From: Octopus sinensis
Taxonomy: Eukaryota
Direction of reading: 5' to 3'
DNA: 64,000 nucleotides
Assembly: GCF_006345805.1 (NCBI RefSeq)
Contig: NC_043010.1
Coordinates: 29,574,001-29,638,000 of the forward strand
Shown piece after piece: positions 50,217-63,923 of the stretch; position 1 is the stretch's first letter, and each line of letters starts with the position of its first letter. A program made the position numbers and the translations under genes. The notes beneath the pieces were generated by a model that ran no database searches, was not told the origin of the DNA, and was given only the letters and a program-made list of their open reading frames with translations.

Positions 50217-52210
50217 TTAATGAGAACCATGTGTCTGGTGCGATGCAGCTAGTGCAGATACATTCGGTTTCAAACTTGTCAACTTTAGCCGCAAGTTTGC
50301 TCGTTGTGTCAAATCCAGTCCAATTATTTTATGGAAAAGTAAATTTCCAACATGGCTAAAACCAGGTACGAGGCAGGGAACGCAAGCAAAAGTAATTTCA
50401 GGTGTTTCCACAGATTGGGGTAAGATTTTAATATATTCTGATGGTACCACAAACCTTCTTTGCCATTACAGCTATATTGCATTGTGGTGTCATTGTCATT
50501 TCGTAATTCTATCAATTCCTCATGAACGTCGTCCTCGCAATCAACTGCAACGAGCTCAAACGGATTGCTATACCAATTTGGAATATTCAGCGCAATAACA
50601 TCTTGAAATCGCTCCACCATGTCATCGTTCAGTGATTGTAAATAGTTGCGATATGTAGTTAAATCCTCATCAATCAATTCATCTTTTAAAGAATCTAGTT
50701 GTGGAAATTGATGTTTTGAGATGTTAGTCGTATACAGCACCAATTTTGAAATGAATATAGTGATAAATGATTTACAATCAACGAGAGTTTTTCTGCTTCC
50801 TGGCAATAACAGATTCAAATCATTTAATTCTGTGAATATATTACAAAGAAAAAAGATATCGCACCTTGCAGCCATCAATGAAGCGGATAATAGAGTATCT
50901 TCAAAGAAAGATATGATTATATGAAACAGTTCAACAAAGCGTAAAACACAGTTTCTTTTTGACAGCCACCACACTTTGGTATGGTATAAGAGTTTAGTAT
51001 AGTCCTCAGTTGACAGAAAATTCGATCAGACAAGGGACTAAACTTCAATTTGCTCACAGTCTTCATAACTAAATGTAGTGTATCATTCAATCTACCGTTC
51101 ATATTTTTGGCCACCAAATGCTGGCGGTGTGCCAAGCAATGAAGTTAGTATCTGGTGGGAAATTTTCACGCTTTAGGAGAGACGAAAAACCTCTGTATAT
51201 TCCTATAACCGAAGGGGCTCAATAAGATGCACGGGCAAGAATATTACTGAGTGGGATATTACGTTCAAAAAAGGTAGGACTTGAGAGTGTGAAAAATAGT
51301 TGTACCTTTTTAATCAAGTGGCAATTTCTCTGTGAACAGCATTTCTTCATAAGGTCTTCACTGAAATAACGAACATGTACCATTATCAAACACTGATTGT
51401 CTACAACAGTTGACTTATCCACTTGCATAGAAAATCCAAAACTTTGTTATTTTCCATCTTAAAAGGAAAATAAGGCTAGAGAGGAGAAGCTTACCACTCA
51501 GTACATATGAGAAAAGATAGAAGAAAGTGGTAAATATGTTGAGAGTAATGTGCCTGCTTAAGGAAGAACATAAGAGTCTCTTAAAAAGTTCACTGGAGGA
51601 ACGTGGTTTGTGGGGGGTCACACCAGTCCCTCTCTCCATCATCATCATCCGATTTTATATATCAACATAAATTTTTAATCTTGTCATCTCATTCGATCCA
51701 CCAACCCCTTTGTTTGTCCTCTCTTTGTCTCTACTTTTATGGTAAATAAAAAAAAATCAGTTATTACTAAGTGAGGTCTTCATAATGTTATCGGGTGTTT
51801 CATGCAAAACCTCATCGATAACCGGACGAAGTAATGTTTTCCCAATTGTGTGAGACCTCCCAGACTTAGCAACAAGCAATGCAATGTTGTACGATGCTAT
51901 CAACCCGTCATTCTCCTGCTTACGGTACTAGTTTCCTAGAATAGCGTGTTGAATGTTTACATTGTGAAAGAGGCGCTCAGTTGCAAATAGTATGACAATG
52001 GTTTGTCCTTCTTGTCAGAATGCTTTGCATGAAAGTGATAATTCTTCTTGTCAGAATGTTTTGCATCAAAGTGATACTTCAAGCGTGAAGGTTTCATTGC
52101 TTCATTGGTCAATATTTGATGGCAAAGGAGGCAAATTGGTAACTGACAGTTCAGAGGCGAGGGAATAAATCAAAACGATAAAAAAATCACTACTGCGCTG
52201 TTGACAAATT
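50217..52210 (-). mobile_element. Second Buster-group hAT transposase pseudogene
   Basis: PICLLCHQILTNEAMKPSRLKYHFDAKH (BED finger, about 52030-52140); ASYNIALLVAKSGRSHTIG; QVDKST; AHRQHL; FPASYLV; LRLKLTSLKPN...GSH*; interrupted at about 51430-51650. Confidence 0.85.
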
Positions 52211-52654
52211 TACTTGACTGAAGACATCAGTGAAGGGAAAATGTGAAAACGAAATTCTACGGACGGCTTCAGATAGACAGTATAGTATTCGCAAAGAGAA
52301 GTCGATAAAGTAATCAGATGATAGGTCTTTACTGGAGCAAATAAGGATCGTTTGGCTACCAGCTTTTCAAAAGTTCATCGAAAATTTCAAAAGTTAGCAC
52401 AATAATGTACCTTTCCAAGCTAAATTGCTGGGGTTATTCAACTTTTTTCAGGAAAATGCTTTTAAAAGTTATAGAGATTTAAAGTTTGGTCATTTTCACA
52501 CAGTCAAGAAACACAATTTCAATGCTGTCATTTTGTGCGTTACCGCACATTTTGTCAATATCCAGAAAATAACAACTTGTGTTTTGATATGAAACTGTAG
52601 AATTACGCACGACATATAACCCCTCTTACCTTTTTTCTTTTTTCGGAGTTTTCA

Positions 52655-52957
52655 GAAAATTTGGATCTATTCGGTTTGAACGGCAGATTTTTTTTAAATT
52701 TCCATGTAACTAAAAAATTTTAAACTTCGTATACTGGTAGAATGTGTTTATAAAACATCTTTTTCTCTTGGCTTTCTTGAGAAAATTCTGTAGTTTGTAA
52801 GATATTTGTGGGGTTTTTTTCTTCAATTTCTGCATTTTCAACCAATCAATGACGTCTATTGATGTCATTCTACCAGTATACGAAGTTTAAAATTTTTTAG
52901 TTACATGGAAATTATTTTTAAAATCTGCCGTTCAAACCGAAAAGATTCGAAAATTTT
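52655..52957. repeat. Inverted repeat, about 90-bp arms with 120-bp spacer; family members at 28540-28700 and 49270-49505
   Basis: 52655-52744 is near-perfectly complementary to 52866-52957. Confidence 0.85.
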
Positions 52958-54641
52958 TGCGAAATTGTATTCTACATGCGGGTCTTCATACTATTACACT
53001 AAAAAAAAATTCGTGATTTAAGGCCTAAGCCTTTTTGGCTGCTATTTTTAGCACATATGACAACCATCTCAATGGCTGCGACAAAAATATTCGATCGATA
53101 AAAAATAGTCAAATTGATATAAGTTTATCCTTATCCTAGGTTTAGATGGTTCTGCCACACTAGGCCACAGCGCATCTAAAATTGTGTACAAGTAGAATAA
53201 GTTGTACATATGCATCCCTGGATATAGGTAAATGCAGAATTGATTTCTAAATATTCTTTGACACCCACAAAATGTTCACATCACCCACCATTTTCTAGAA
53301 ATTCGCCCATCGCCACCTCTAAGTTGAAATTGCCCACCGGTGGGCGATATCGCCCACTTTTTGAAGCTATGATATAGATATAGTTTAGCAGCGGTCTGCC
53401 CTTGGACAGGTTCTGGGCATGTGGACTTTTTCCAGCATTCTTTATACAACCTGGGAGGACCCATACACTCCCCTTCTGCTGTTAAGCAGATTGCTGGGAC
53501 TTCGGCTACCTTGACTAGGCTTGGGATGAATTCTAGAGTGGTTTCTTGTTGCCTTCACCAGATGGGATTTGAACTCAGAATGCAGAGAGTCGGAAGATAT
53601 GCCGTAAAGCATCCTGCCAACATACCAACGATTCTGGCACGCTCCCACCAATGGAGCAACATGAAATGAAGCGTTTTGTTCAACAACATGCCGCCTGATC
53701 CCAGAATCAAACCCATGATCTAGTGATCATGAGTACAACACTCTACTAGACTGCAGCCACGCTGGGGCACCGTCCTGAACAGCTCAGTTGAACGAAGTGA
53801 CCCCAGTACTTTTTTTAAAGTTTGATACTTATTCTATTGGTCTCTTTTGTTGAGCTGCTATATGAAGGGGACGTAAACAAACGTTCCCCTTCATATCGAA
53901 CGATTTTGGATGAACACGCACGCATATGCACACACACACACACACAGGCACACATATGCGAACTGTTCTATAAGTAAACAAATTGAATAAAAAGATGGTT
54001 TTCTGAAGAAATTTGGACAACAAACCATGAGTTGACTACACTTGCTTATAAGTAACTGGGGGTCTTTCACTTAGCGACCAGCAATTAGAATAATGAACCA
54101 CGCCACGGTCAAGGGATAAGCTGTTCTTGGACCCTGTACTCCCAATTTCCTTTAAAAAATAGGGATAATAGCGGCCCGTCGGAGAAATGGGCCCCACAAG
54201 GTGGAGTGGCTGCTGCAGCAAGTACCACTGGACATTTTCCGCAGCAACACCCCCAGAGTCATTACTGTGGGGTGCGGCTGAGCACACCATTTGTTTAGAG
54301 ATGTGTGGCCCATTGCTCCCACCCCTCCATCTTCTGCTGCTTTACCTTCCTTTTTTTCTTTCTTTTCCTTTCTTATCTGTTTTTTTTTTTTTTTACTTTT
54401 TCTTTGTATTCAAATTTGATGAAATAAACTATAAGTAAACTACGCACACATATAAATGCCTGGGAAAGCGTGTTTATGAACAGTTCATTGACATTCACGA
54501 AGACATTTCATGTGGTTTACAAACTTTATTGTTTTATATTAAAAAAATAATATTTCTCCTATCTTTTGCTAAAGATATGACCATAGATCAACACAAGCGA
54601 GACTGAATGAAAAAACACACACATACATATATGTATATATA

Positions 54642-56498
54642 TGGGTAAATTTTGATCCTTTCACCCACACAGTTTTCACTAAGAAAAATAAAACTCGGAT
54701 ATTTTGCGTGGAATCAAGTACCCTGACCTCCTAATATGCTGCAAATCCCTTATTTTTGTACCGAAAAAAGGGGGTTGGGAGATCGCCCCCCCCCCACACA
54801 CACACACATCCCGGAATCATTGGAATTTTTTTTTTTTTGAATGAATGAATTCCGGTAACCTAATATGCTACAAAATCATTTTGGGGGTTCGGTGGGGTGG
54901 AACCCTCGGAAATTTCACCTCCACCCCCATTTTCAAATATTTTTTTGCTATTTCTTTCTTTACCCATAATTTTAGATAACATTTTCGAGAGAGTGTGGAT
55001 TACACTAGATTGAAAATTCAAAGAAGTTTGAAATGAATAAGTGAAAATGCCGAGGTTGTAGAAGTTAGTGGTAACGAAGTCAGTGGAGAGATAACAAACG
55101 ATAAATTCATTTAAGAAGAAAAAAACTTTAGAGTTTTGGCATGTATGTGTGAAATGAAGTAAAAGTATATTAAAACAAAATATCTTTTTCCTACCTCTTA
55201 AAATCTGGATATAATATATATAATAATCCCAGATTGCAGAATAGATTTGAAAAACTAAAGCATTTTCCCTTTGAAATTATTGGCGCCGAAATGAGTTTCA
55301 TTTTTGTGGGGTGGGGGAGAGAAAGAGTGGGTGACGAAGTTTACATAAACTTTGACTGGTGTGACAATATATCATAATTATATATATCATTATATAACAT
55401 CATCAACTTTTAACGTGCCATCGGCACTGACACCGACCGTACCAGTTCCGGCGGCACCTAAAAAGCACCATTCCAGTATGATCGATGTCAGTGCCATCTG
55501 ACTGGCCCTCGTGCCTGTAGCACTTGAAAAGCACCCACTACACTCTCTGGGTGGTTGGCATTAGGAAGGGCATCCAGCTGTAGAAACCTTGCCAGAACAG
55601 ACTGGAGCCTGATTGCCGCCTCCTGGCTTGCCAGTCTTCAGTCAAGCCGTCCGACCCATGCCAGCATGGAAAGCAGACGTTAAAAGTTAATGATGGTATA
55701 TAATGATATATATAATTATGATATATTATTACACCATTCAAAGTTTAGGTAAACTTCGTCACCCACTCTCTCCCCCTCTCTCTCCCACCACACACAAAAA
55801 TGAAACTCATTTCCGCGCCAAAAATTTCAAAGGGAAAATGCTTTAGTTTTTCAAATCTATTCTGCAATCTGGGATTATTATATATATTATATCCAGTGAT
55901 TTTAAGAGGTATGAAAAAGATATTTTTATTTTAATTTTATACTTTTACTTGTTTCATACACATACACAAACTAACGTGTTTTTTTTATTTTAGATTAATT
56001 ATTTATCATTCTTTATCTCTCCACTGACTTCAGTACCACTCTAACTTATATAACCTTTGCATCTTCACTTATTCATTTCAAACTTCTTTGAATTTTCAAT
56101 CTAATGTAATCCACACTCTCTTGGAAACATATTTCTGCAAAATGTTAACTAAAATTATGGGTAAAGAAAGAAATAGCAAAAATTATTTGAAAATAGGGAT
56201 GGTGGTGAAATTTCCGAGGGTTCCACTCCACCGAACCCCGTTTTCCGAACCCCAAAAATGGTTTTGTAGCATATTAGGAGGTCACCGGAATTCATTCATT
56301 CATTCAAAAAAAAAAAATTCCAATGATTCCAGTATGGGGGAGGGGCGGCCCCCCCCCCCTTTTCCGTACAAAATTAAGGGATTTGCAGCATATTAGGAGG
56401 TCGGGGTACTTGATTCCACGCAAAAAATCTCTTTTTTTTTTCTTTTCCTTTCTTTTCTTACTGAAAATCGTATGGGTGAAAGGGTCAAATAATACCCA
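54642..56498. repeat. About 1.85-kb imperfect palindrome (arms about 780-820 bp) around an RTE 3'-UTR fragment
   Basis: 54642-55415 aligns as reverse complement to 55675-56498 along its whole length. Confidence 0.9.
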
Positions 56499-57442
56499 AA
56501 TGGTTTTCTTTCGTGGTTGACCGGTGAACTAGCAGGCAGGGAAGGGGAGATAACTCTGAAATATCATCGCATATAACCATATCACTATAGCATTTGCCAG
56601 AGGTTGTTAGATAAACCGACGAAGAAGCCTCAATGTGATCAGTCGATCTGCTAGAAATAGCAACCAAATCTTTCTAAACCCACACACTTACCTACTTGGA
56701 AGACATGTCGGAGAACACGGTCATGGGTTTCCTTCACAAAAGTAAAAAGTGGAATAATCAAAGGCTTTCTTGATCTGGGTGAAGTTGATGTTAAACGAGC
56801 AACAACAACCATAACAGCAACAACACCCACAATAGCAACAATAACAATGATGGAGTGATCATAAATGGATCAACTTGATAGGAGTTAACTTATAATTAAC
56901 ATCAACAAAACCTTGCAAATAAACCAACAGGAGAACCCCAATCTGCTAGAAATAGCAACCAAATTTCCTTCTGTCATTATGTGCATGAGTGTGTGTGTGT
57001 GTGAGAGAGAGAGAAGTAGTTTATGTTGAGAGGGTAGCCTAAATTCCTATTGATAGACGAAGCTGTATCATGTCTCCATAAAGTTTACTATTGTGCCAAC
57101 CATTTCTGGTGACCAAAACACAAGCTTGGATTTCGAATATGACCAAAATAGAATCATCACAACAGTTTTACTTAGCTAAAGGAAATGAAAAGCATTTTTT
57201 GTTTTTACAAATAGCTGAATTATTCAAATAGTATCAAAAAAATAAATAAAAGTGGTTAGATATTCACCACAAACTTCTCCATTGCTTAAAAGTTTTAGTA
57301 ATTCAAAAACTTTCCATTGTATAGTCATCCAAATTTCACAGATAGAGAGAGGAAAACTATTTGGGATATTTTGGTGTTTTATTAAAATCGATAATTTCAA
57401 TAAAATTATCATGAAAGAACACCTCAGTAATAACATAAAAAA

Positions 57443-57734
57443 GGTACTACTAGCGAACAGTGGTCCCGGTGTGCGCCCACGCGCAGTCGCGCATCCGCGC
57501 TAGCTAGTCGTAAGTAGTCGATCCTACAACGACTACCTAGCAAAGTAAATAAAGCACAAAATAAATAATTGTTTTACACAAAGTAAATAATTTTTGTTAA
57601 ATAAAGTAAATAATTTTTTAAACAAAGTAAATAATACAAAAACACAAAGTAAGGATCAACTAGTCATGACTAGTTAGTGCGGATGCGCGACTACGCGACA
57701 GCGCGCACCGGGACCACTGTTCGCTAGTAGTACC
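57443..57734. mobile_element. MULE/Mutator-type MITE (292 bp)
   Basis: About 65-bp GC-rich TIRs starting GGTACTACTAGCGAACAGTGGTCCCGGTG; exact 9-bp TSD CATAAAAAA at 57434-57442 and 57735-57743; internal AAAGTAAATAA repeats. Confidence 0.85.
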
Positions 57735-58181
57735 CATAAAAAATAGAACCCTAGAAGAATAAATGAATTATCTCTTTTAGTTTAGAATGATGAACATATT
57801 AAGCTGATGGCTTCCACTTTTTGTCAAAAATTGCCACATAGCATTAATTGACACCAAATATTTTGGTTTCATGTTTAATTCTACTCCAGATTCAGAACTT
57901 TGAGAGCTAATGATAGAAACAGTTAACAGTTTGATATATTGATTTTAAAGAGAAAACAATACATATTTATGTATGTATGTACGTACATATGTATGCATGT
58001 ATGCATATCATATTTAAAGCAGATATACTGTTGAAGGCCTGAAAGCTGCAGTATCTGTCTCAAGAAAGCTTCTTTTACAGACATTTACTGCAATTTTCAA
58101 ATTCTCAACAGTGCGCTTGCTTTAAATATGATATAAAAATTGCTGTACTGTGCTAATAGTGCATGTGTGTGTGTGTGTGTG

Positions 58182-58215
<34 letters not shown>

Positions 58216-58398
58216 GTGTGTGTGTGTGTGTACATATGTGTGTGTGTTCTTAGATTTACTAAGTTAAAATGAAAGGATACTGCAAATATTGTGGAAGTAA
58301 TTTGGAAAAAATCTGTAAATGACTAAATGTTGTTAAAAATCTACCAGTTTATAGCACTACTGCAGTTATGATTGGTTTATACAAGTGATATTCAACAG

Positions 58399-58499
58399 AA
58401 AATGAATATGAAAGATGCACAGCTATTTTTGTAAAATACTATAGCACTTCCCTCAATATGGTTGGAATGTGTGCTGTCGTCAATCATGAAGTTTTGAAG
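58399..58499 (+). CDS. Weak candidate internal exon (NEYERCTAIFVKYYSTSLNMVGMCAVVNHEVLK)
   Basis: CAACAG| acceptor, AAG|GTAACT donor, one open frame; protein not recognised. Confidence 0.25.
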
Positions 58500-59469
58500 G
58501 TAACTTTTCTTTGACAATTCAGTCAATTTTCTCGCTCTTTTCTGGTTCAATTCACTGTGGGCAGAATCAGAAAATGTCGTTTTAAATTCAAACTGCTGAT
58601 ACAAGAGGTGATGAAAGGCAGGTGCTACTTAAAATTTTAACTTCTAAATATTTTGGTTTTGCTTGGGTTTTGGAACAAAATTCATATTCAAATTGACCAG
58701 GTTCAGAAACATGAGCATTCATAATATTGAATGCAATTTAAAAACGTTTGAATATTATTCTTTTAGCAGTCAAGAATCATTGGCCAGCATATCACTTGAA
58801 GCTGGGTTGAAAGTATATAATAAATAGTATATTCAAGTAGAAAGATGCTCCCAGAAAGAAGCAAATGCTGAGTGAAAAAAGGAAAAAAACTCCAAGGATT
58901 ATGGTTGGCTGCAATAGAAGAAATGAGAATAATGAAATGAAATTGACTTGAATTCAAAAATTGGATTTCTTTAAAATGCTAGAAGGGTATTGTTTGACTC
59001 AAATGAAAGCAACAGCATTGACAATACAAATATCTCAGAAAAAAGTTACATGAATCTCAGAAAGTTTTATCTTTAATGTAGATGGATTTATGCTCTATAA
59101 AGAAATCTTTGATAGTTCTAAAGAAAATTCATTGAGATTTCATGTTTCTAAAACTAAGGAACTTTTCATGTTTGTTGTTTAATATTAGATGAAAATACTT
59201 TCCAAAATTATAAAGTTACTACTCATATAGCACAATTTCATTTGACAGCCATTAGAGATCTTTGAAAAACCTGAAATAGATCTTATGGTATTTTCATGCC
59301 AGTCTTAAGGCTGATGGCAACCTGGGTAAGATGAATTTTGGTCTCATAACATGTATAACTTAAGAAATTTTTGACCACAGGTAAAAATTGTGAATATAAA
59401 TAAAGTTTTTATCATGCATGCAGGTACTTTCCAATTGTATGAAAAGGCTTTGAGTCCGGGTCAATCACA

Positions 59470-60460
59470 TACTACTGAGGGCAACATTTCTGCTGTAGTG
59501 TGTGCTGGCCTCAAGCAACACAGTGCTTGAACTCACACCGATGTTCTGGCTGCTCTCCATTTCAAGGATCCGGACCCTCTTGTAGATATTAATGATTTCT
59601 AAGTCCTTGACAATGACACAGTTTTGGCCACATCCAGTGATAATCTAGCTACTGTATTGAGATCCTTCCCTGAGAGCAGTAGTGGTGGAGTAGATAGTTT
59701 GTGACCCATCCTCCTCAGAGGCGTAATCTCACCACACACTGCTGAGGCAGGAACGTGCTTGCACTAATCTATCACTACTCTAACAGACAGTCTTCTTTGA
59801 GCAGACCACCCCCACCATGCCCAAGATCTTCTCTTCTCAGCCAACCTGACTGCACTCAAGAAGGACAAAGGCATTCATCTGATAGTCGTGGACAATGTCT
59901 TTTGATGACTTGTGGCTAGGATAGCATATAGATCAGTCAGGGATGACTTGAGTGAGATACTATGCCCTGTCCAGCTGGGGGTGGGAGTTATGTGGATGTG
60001 AGACTGCTGCCCATGTGGCCAGAGATTACATGAGCAGATACTTCCCTCCTGCTGAAGCTGAATATAAAAAATGCCTTCAGCAGCATTAGTGAGATCATAT
60101 TATGGAGATGTGTATAAGACATTTTCCCCCAGTACACTCACTTGCATACCTCTCCTATGGATCACCCAGTACACTCATGGCTGCTGACAACAGAAGTGCT
60201 TCTTCCACAGGTGTCCAGCAGGTTAACCTTCTTCATTCATTCCTTTTTGCATTGGCTGTTGATGATGTTACCCAATCAGTCCACTCACCCTTCAGTGTCT
60301 GAAACCTGGATAATGCAACACTGAGTGACTCATCTAATTCTGTAGTTGGGGACCTTCAGCAGGTTATCCCAGCCCTAAAGCTTTTTGAGCTTGAGATCAA
60401 CCAATCCAATTTGAAAGTGATAAACATGAGCTGTGGTGAAGTTGAATTTCAAATAAGTAA
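59470..60460 (+). mobile_element. CRE-clade retrotransposon RT fragment
   Basis: LRSFPESSSGGVD; LFSANLTALKK; PVQLGVGV; CETAAHVAR; KNAFS; STGVQQ...FLFALAVDD; LDNATL; ELEINQS. Confidence 0.8.
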
Positions 60461-60936
60461 AGGACATATCAGATAACGTAGACCTACATAGCCTTGAAAG
60501 GACAGCATAGGTATGACTGGGAGTTTCACAACAATCTGATTTTTAGAATAATCAATAAATGAACACAATTGATCAGAGATCCTATCCTTTATTAACTCAA
60601 ACACAACTGCCAACCACCACGAAACAACCTACAAGAAATAGCAGCCAAATCTCACACAAGTCGCATACTACCATCTTTCATGTATTTTGTGTTTTTTTAA
60701 TAAAGGACACAATCGATATTGTAGTCCTATATATATTAGAATACTATATATATATACTTTATTAATAAAGCTGCAGACATCACAAAAACTGTTACTCTGA
60801 GTAACAGTTTTTGTGATGTCTTTGCAGCCTTATTAATAAAGCATATTACTCTACCTCTGGTATTCAAGTACTATTTTTTCCACCTTGTTTCACATTTATG
60901 TGCTTACTCTGGTATATGTATGTATATAAATATGTG

Positions 60937-60968
<32 letters not shown>

Positions 60969-61059
60969 AAACAAAAGATAGGATAGTCGAGATTAAAACT
61001 GCACGTTCAAATGACCTGGGACTAAATAAATGTTTCTAACATGAACACAAGGCCAGAAA

Positions 61060-61230
61060 TTAGGCGGGAGAGAGTGAGTGGATAAAATCAACCCAATACT
61101 TGATTGGCAATTTACTTTATCGACTCCCAAGAGGATTTAAGGCAATGTTGACCTCCAGAGATTTGAACTCAGAATGTAAAGAGTCGGAAGAAATACCACA
61201 AGACATTTTGTCTGACTAACGATTTTGCCA
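61060..61230 (-). mobile_element. Diverged family-1-related SINE fragment
   Basis: Reverse complement of TTCTGAGTTCAAAT...GAGGTCAACATTGCC...GTCGATAAAGTAAA. Confidence 0.6.
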
Positions 61231-62349
61231 ATCCACTGCCTTTTTAGAACTACGACAATAATATATAGAATGTTATTCATTGAAACAGTGGCACCACCAC
61301 AACACCGACTAATGACATGTCTATCACCACCACCACCCCTATCATCATCATCATCATCATCATCATCACTATACATCTACAGCAATAACAGCAAAAATGT
61401 CATTCATCGAAACGACAAGAGCCACCGCATTTATCAACACCGAACTAATACCACAACTGCCATCGCTAACACCATCACCACCATCATCCATCATCCTTAT
61501 TACACGACCACAATGATAACAAAAATGTCATCGTTCAATGAAACGGCAACATGGCACCGCCACCCCTTCTTAACACCACAACCATCATTGCCATCGCTAT
61601 TTGCACCACCACCACCACCAATGCTACCATCTTATAATCCACCCCGTCGGGTAGTGAAGAGATGACCGACAACGTCGATTGCCAAATGTTTAAAAAGTAC
61701 GAATGGGATGGATTACGTCCCCCTTTTTTCCTTAGTTGCTCTACTCTCTCCTTCTATCAAGTGTTCCTTCAACTACCATATACCTGTGTATGTGTGTATG
61801 TCTGTGATTATGCATGTATGTATGTGTGCATGTGTCAGTGCGCGCTCGCGTATATGCGTGTGCGCGCGCTCCTTTGCCAATGGAATATATAGTTGCCTTG
61901 TTCGCCTAGCTCCCTGGACGTATTGTAGCAGATCCGAAGGGCGGATACCATAACTGTCTTTATCTCAGCTTCCAGTTTCCTCTTGTTCTTCTTATTATTC
62001 TTCCTGTTTCCTTTTATTTTTCCTATTTCTTTTCTTTCTTTTTTATACATCTTCCTTTAATTTAACTGAACCACCCGTTGTTAAAAGATACCCCCGAATA
62101 CTATCACACACACACAGCCAACCACCCCAGCTTCCTCGAGCACCAACGTCCCCACCATCAGCAATTTTGTTGCTCCTTCCGCTGCCGTCGCCGCCTCCAA
62201 ACAAACTCCTAACGAAAACGATTACAACAACAACCACGATCCCAAGTACCACCACCACAACAACAACAATAAGGAGATGCTGAATATGGAAGAATCATTT
62301 TTATTGTTGATAGCAAAGAATTACAACGGCATTTGATATGGAGCAAGGT

Positions 62350-62359
62350 TGGATTTTTA

Positions 62360-62419
<60 letters not shown>

Positions 62420-62467
62420 ATCCCTACATTTTACATATACTGGATAATGTTCATAAGCACATACACA

Positions 62468-62517
<50 letters not shown>

Positions 62518-63923
62518 CCAAGTACATATCGCACCAATATATTTTTAACCGTGTTTAGAGACAGATACCTGCATTGTGTATGCATAAACGGGTTTCTCTT
62601 GACATCCCGATTCAGTCATTCTTCTCCATACAATGTATGTGTGTGTATGTATATGTATGTGTGTGTTTGTGATGCCTAGCAGTGTTCCTGGCTTGTATAT
62701 AGACCTATACGCAAGAATCGCACACACTCACACACGCACAAACACAGGTGCGTATTTCAATGCAGATGGATCTCGATCTGTCACGATCTTCTCCTACCTC
62801 TCTCGCTCCTTCTCTCTCTCTATATATATATATATTCCCCTCTCTATTTAATCACATACACACATTAACACGTTTATGTACATGCAGATTTTGTTATTTT
62901 TGTTTACTTCAGTCCGACGTAATGCAAGGAATCGTTGTTATAGTTGTTTTTTAGCCCCAGGACATCTCGTAACGAACAGACCTATCAGTATTATGTGACT
63001 TGCACATCTTACAGTTAGGAATTAAATAAATGTCTTTTATTTTCTTTCAGGCGTCCTTTATCTAAGACTGTACCATCCAATGTAATAATATTCGCTACTC
63101 TTTTTCAAGTCAGTAACGTGTGGTTTAAATTGAACTTCACGATTTCAAATGGTTCGTGTAACCACGTAGGGGTTCCCTCGTTATACGTTTCTATGTATGT
63201 ATGTAAGTATGTATGTATGTATGTATGTATGTATGTATGTATGTATGTATGTATGTATGCATGCATGTATGTACGTACCTATAAAAGCTTAGCTGAATGA
63301 ATGAGTAAAAGCTATTTAAAAAGTACGTACATAAGAGTACGACTCATAGTAAAATGAACACTTCTGTACTTCAGGGTGAGTACAGGGTATGTGACCTATG
63401 TCTTTGTATTTTGTCATTCATCCCATAGATGATAGGTTATATAAATATATTCACATACACACACATACGCAGACGTGTATAACACGCATGTGTGTGTGTG
63501 TGTGTGTGGATTCGAGTGTCATACAAGACGAACGGGTGGATGTATTGTAACTAAACCAGAATGTAACACCGAGAAGGTGGCTGTTACGAACAAATGCGGG
63601 TAGGTTGATGAATGTTGGTGTCGCAATCATACGCACTAACCTAATCACAAATTTACCCATACACATCCATGTGTGTAGGTGGGTGTGTACATATATATTT
63701 ATATACATACATACATACTTATATACCCGTATGCACAAATATTTATATGTATGTATATAATTAAGACTGAAGTGGGGTGTGTATTTATATACATATATAA
63801 ATAAATACATATGTATGTATAAAACTTTCGATCTGCCTTTTATAAATTTATGTCGTTTAGCATTGTATATCCTGGTGCTTTCATTCATGCATACATACAT
63901 GTGTGTAAATATGTGCGTATGTA

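Noticed and set aside
53280-53375. CCCACCGGTGGGCGATATCGCCCAC palindrome
   Set aside because: Most likely a degraded hAT subterminal end; too short to assign.
25400-60460. The two CRE fragments as halves of one element split by a 34-kb inversion
   Set aside because: They overlap in protein coordinates and differ there (GLSVNNSKCEL vs ELEINQSNLKV), so they are more likely independent copies.
61225-62347. Low-complexity H/T/P/N-rich ORFs and DAEYGRIIFIVDSKELQRHLIWSK as exons
   Set aside because: Driven by (CAT)/(CAC)/(AAC) repeats; weak acceptor and GTTGGA donor; no recognised domain.
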